Source of the DNA: an uncultured delta proteobacterium
GTDB lineage: Bacteria > Myxococcota_A > UBA9160 > UBA4427
DNA: 64,000 bases
Assembly (NCBI GenBank): GCA_963822965.1
Contig: CAWGJT010000012.1
Span: forward strand, 288,001-352,000
Direction of reading: 5' to 3'
Part shown: one piece after another, positions 63,417 to 64,000 of the stretch
Numbering within the stretch: the stretch's first letter is position 1
Layout of the letters: each line of letters starts with the position of its first letter
Position numbers and translations under genes: made by a program
Notes under the pieces: model-generated
What the model was told of the DNA's origin: nothing
Database searches by the model: none
The model's input: the letters and a program-made list of their open reading frames with translations, nothing else

Positions 63417-64000
63417 TCGGAAGCCTCCTCGGGCGATGGGTTCGCGGCGAATCCGCGGCGATCCCCGGCAACGACGGCGCGCGCGCACAGGCGCGTGATC
63501 TGGTCCACGACCGCTTCGCGGGGGAGCGCGCGCTGGCTGGCGTGCACGAGCGCGTGCTGGATCAGCCCCACCAGGGCGTGGGCCACCAGCAGCGGATCGC
63601 AATCGCCGTGCACCTCGCCCCGCTCGACACCGCGCTCGAGGCTGCGCGCGAGACCGCTTGCGAGGCGCTCGCGCAGGCCCCTGGCATGCGCACCGGAAGC
63701 GCTGGCGCCGATCACGGCCTCGTCGGCGAAGGCCGCGCGGACCACCCCGGGCTTCTCCTGCAGGAAGTCGAGGAGCGCGCCGAGGTAGCCGCGCAATCGA
63801 GACTCGAAGGAGTCACCGTCGCGCACCCGCTCGCGCGCGTGCTCCATCAGCTCCTCGGCGGCGCGGTCGGTGAACGCCGCGAAGGCCTCGCGGCGATCGC
63901 CGAAATGCAGGTAGAAGGTGCCGATCGCCACGTCGGCCGCGCGGGCGATGTCCTGGGGTCGGGTGGCCTCGAAGCCCCGCTCGGCGAACAGACGCGTGGC
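63413..64000 (-). CDS. TetR/AcrR family regulator (5' end outside the window)
   Basis: LFAERGFEAT...DIARAADVAIGTFYLHF HTH. Confidence 0.9.
   Translation of the reverse strand, partial: ATRLFAERGFEATRPQDIARAADVAIGTFYLHFGDRREAFAAFTDRAAEELMEHARERVRDGDSFESRLRGYLGALLDFLQEKPGVVRAAFADEAVIGASASGAHARGLRERLASGLARSLERGVERGEVHGDCDPLLVAHALVGLIQHALVHASQRALPREAVVDQITRLCARAVVAGDRRGFAANPSPEEASE

Overview
A 64-kb chromosomal segment of mostly housekeeping genes from a high-GC Gram-negative bacterium. A Myxococcota/delta-lineage organism is suggested by a PEP-CTERM protein, a small XRE regulator and a myxobacteria-like hypothetical protein, but this is inference. About 50 genes are supported, including hsp20, a class III CoA-transferase, E. 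coli-type frdABCD, aguB-aguA, two MMPL/RND transporters, mtgA, rnr, a large secreted PHP-type metallohydrolase, a PEP-CTERM extracellular nuclease, leuS, ctaB, a frameshifted ptsP, an AsmA-like protein, moeA, an ntrB-ntrC-thiE-nupC-acetoacetyl-CoA synthetase run, and YafY/WYL and TetR regulators. I saw no rRNA, tRNA, CRISPR-Cas, transposase or prophage. The most notable signals are: (1) two CTAG-bounded 177- and 196-bp elements, each overlapping the stop codon of the upstream gene, with unrelated stems but a shared core and loop motifs, which suggests a structured RNA or MITE-like family; (2) an in-frame 8 x 78-bp hairpin-bearing array in the nuclease gene; (3) a deletion scar fusing relics of a divergent prx-grx/oxyR pair next to a 12 x 19-bp array; and (4) frameshifts that all fall at synonymous third codon positions, suggesting two strains merged in the assembly consensus. 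All family assignments are from motif recognition, not database searches.
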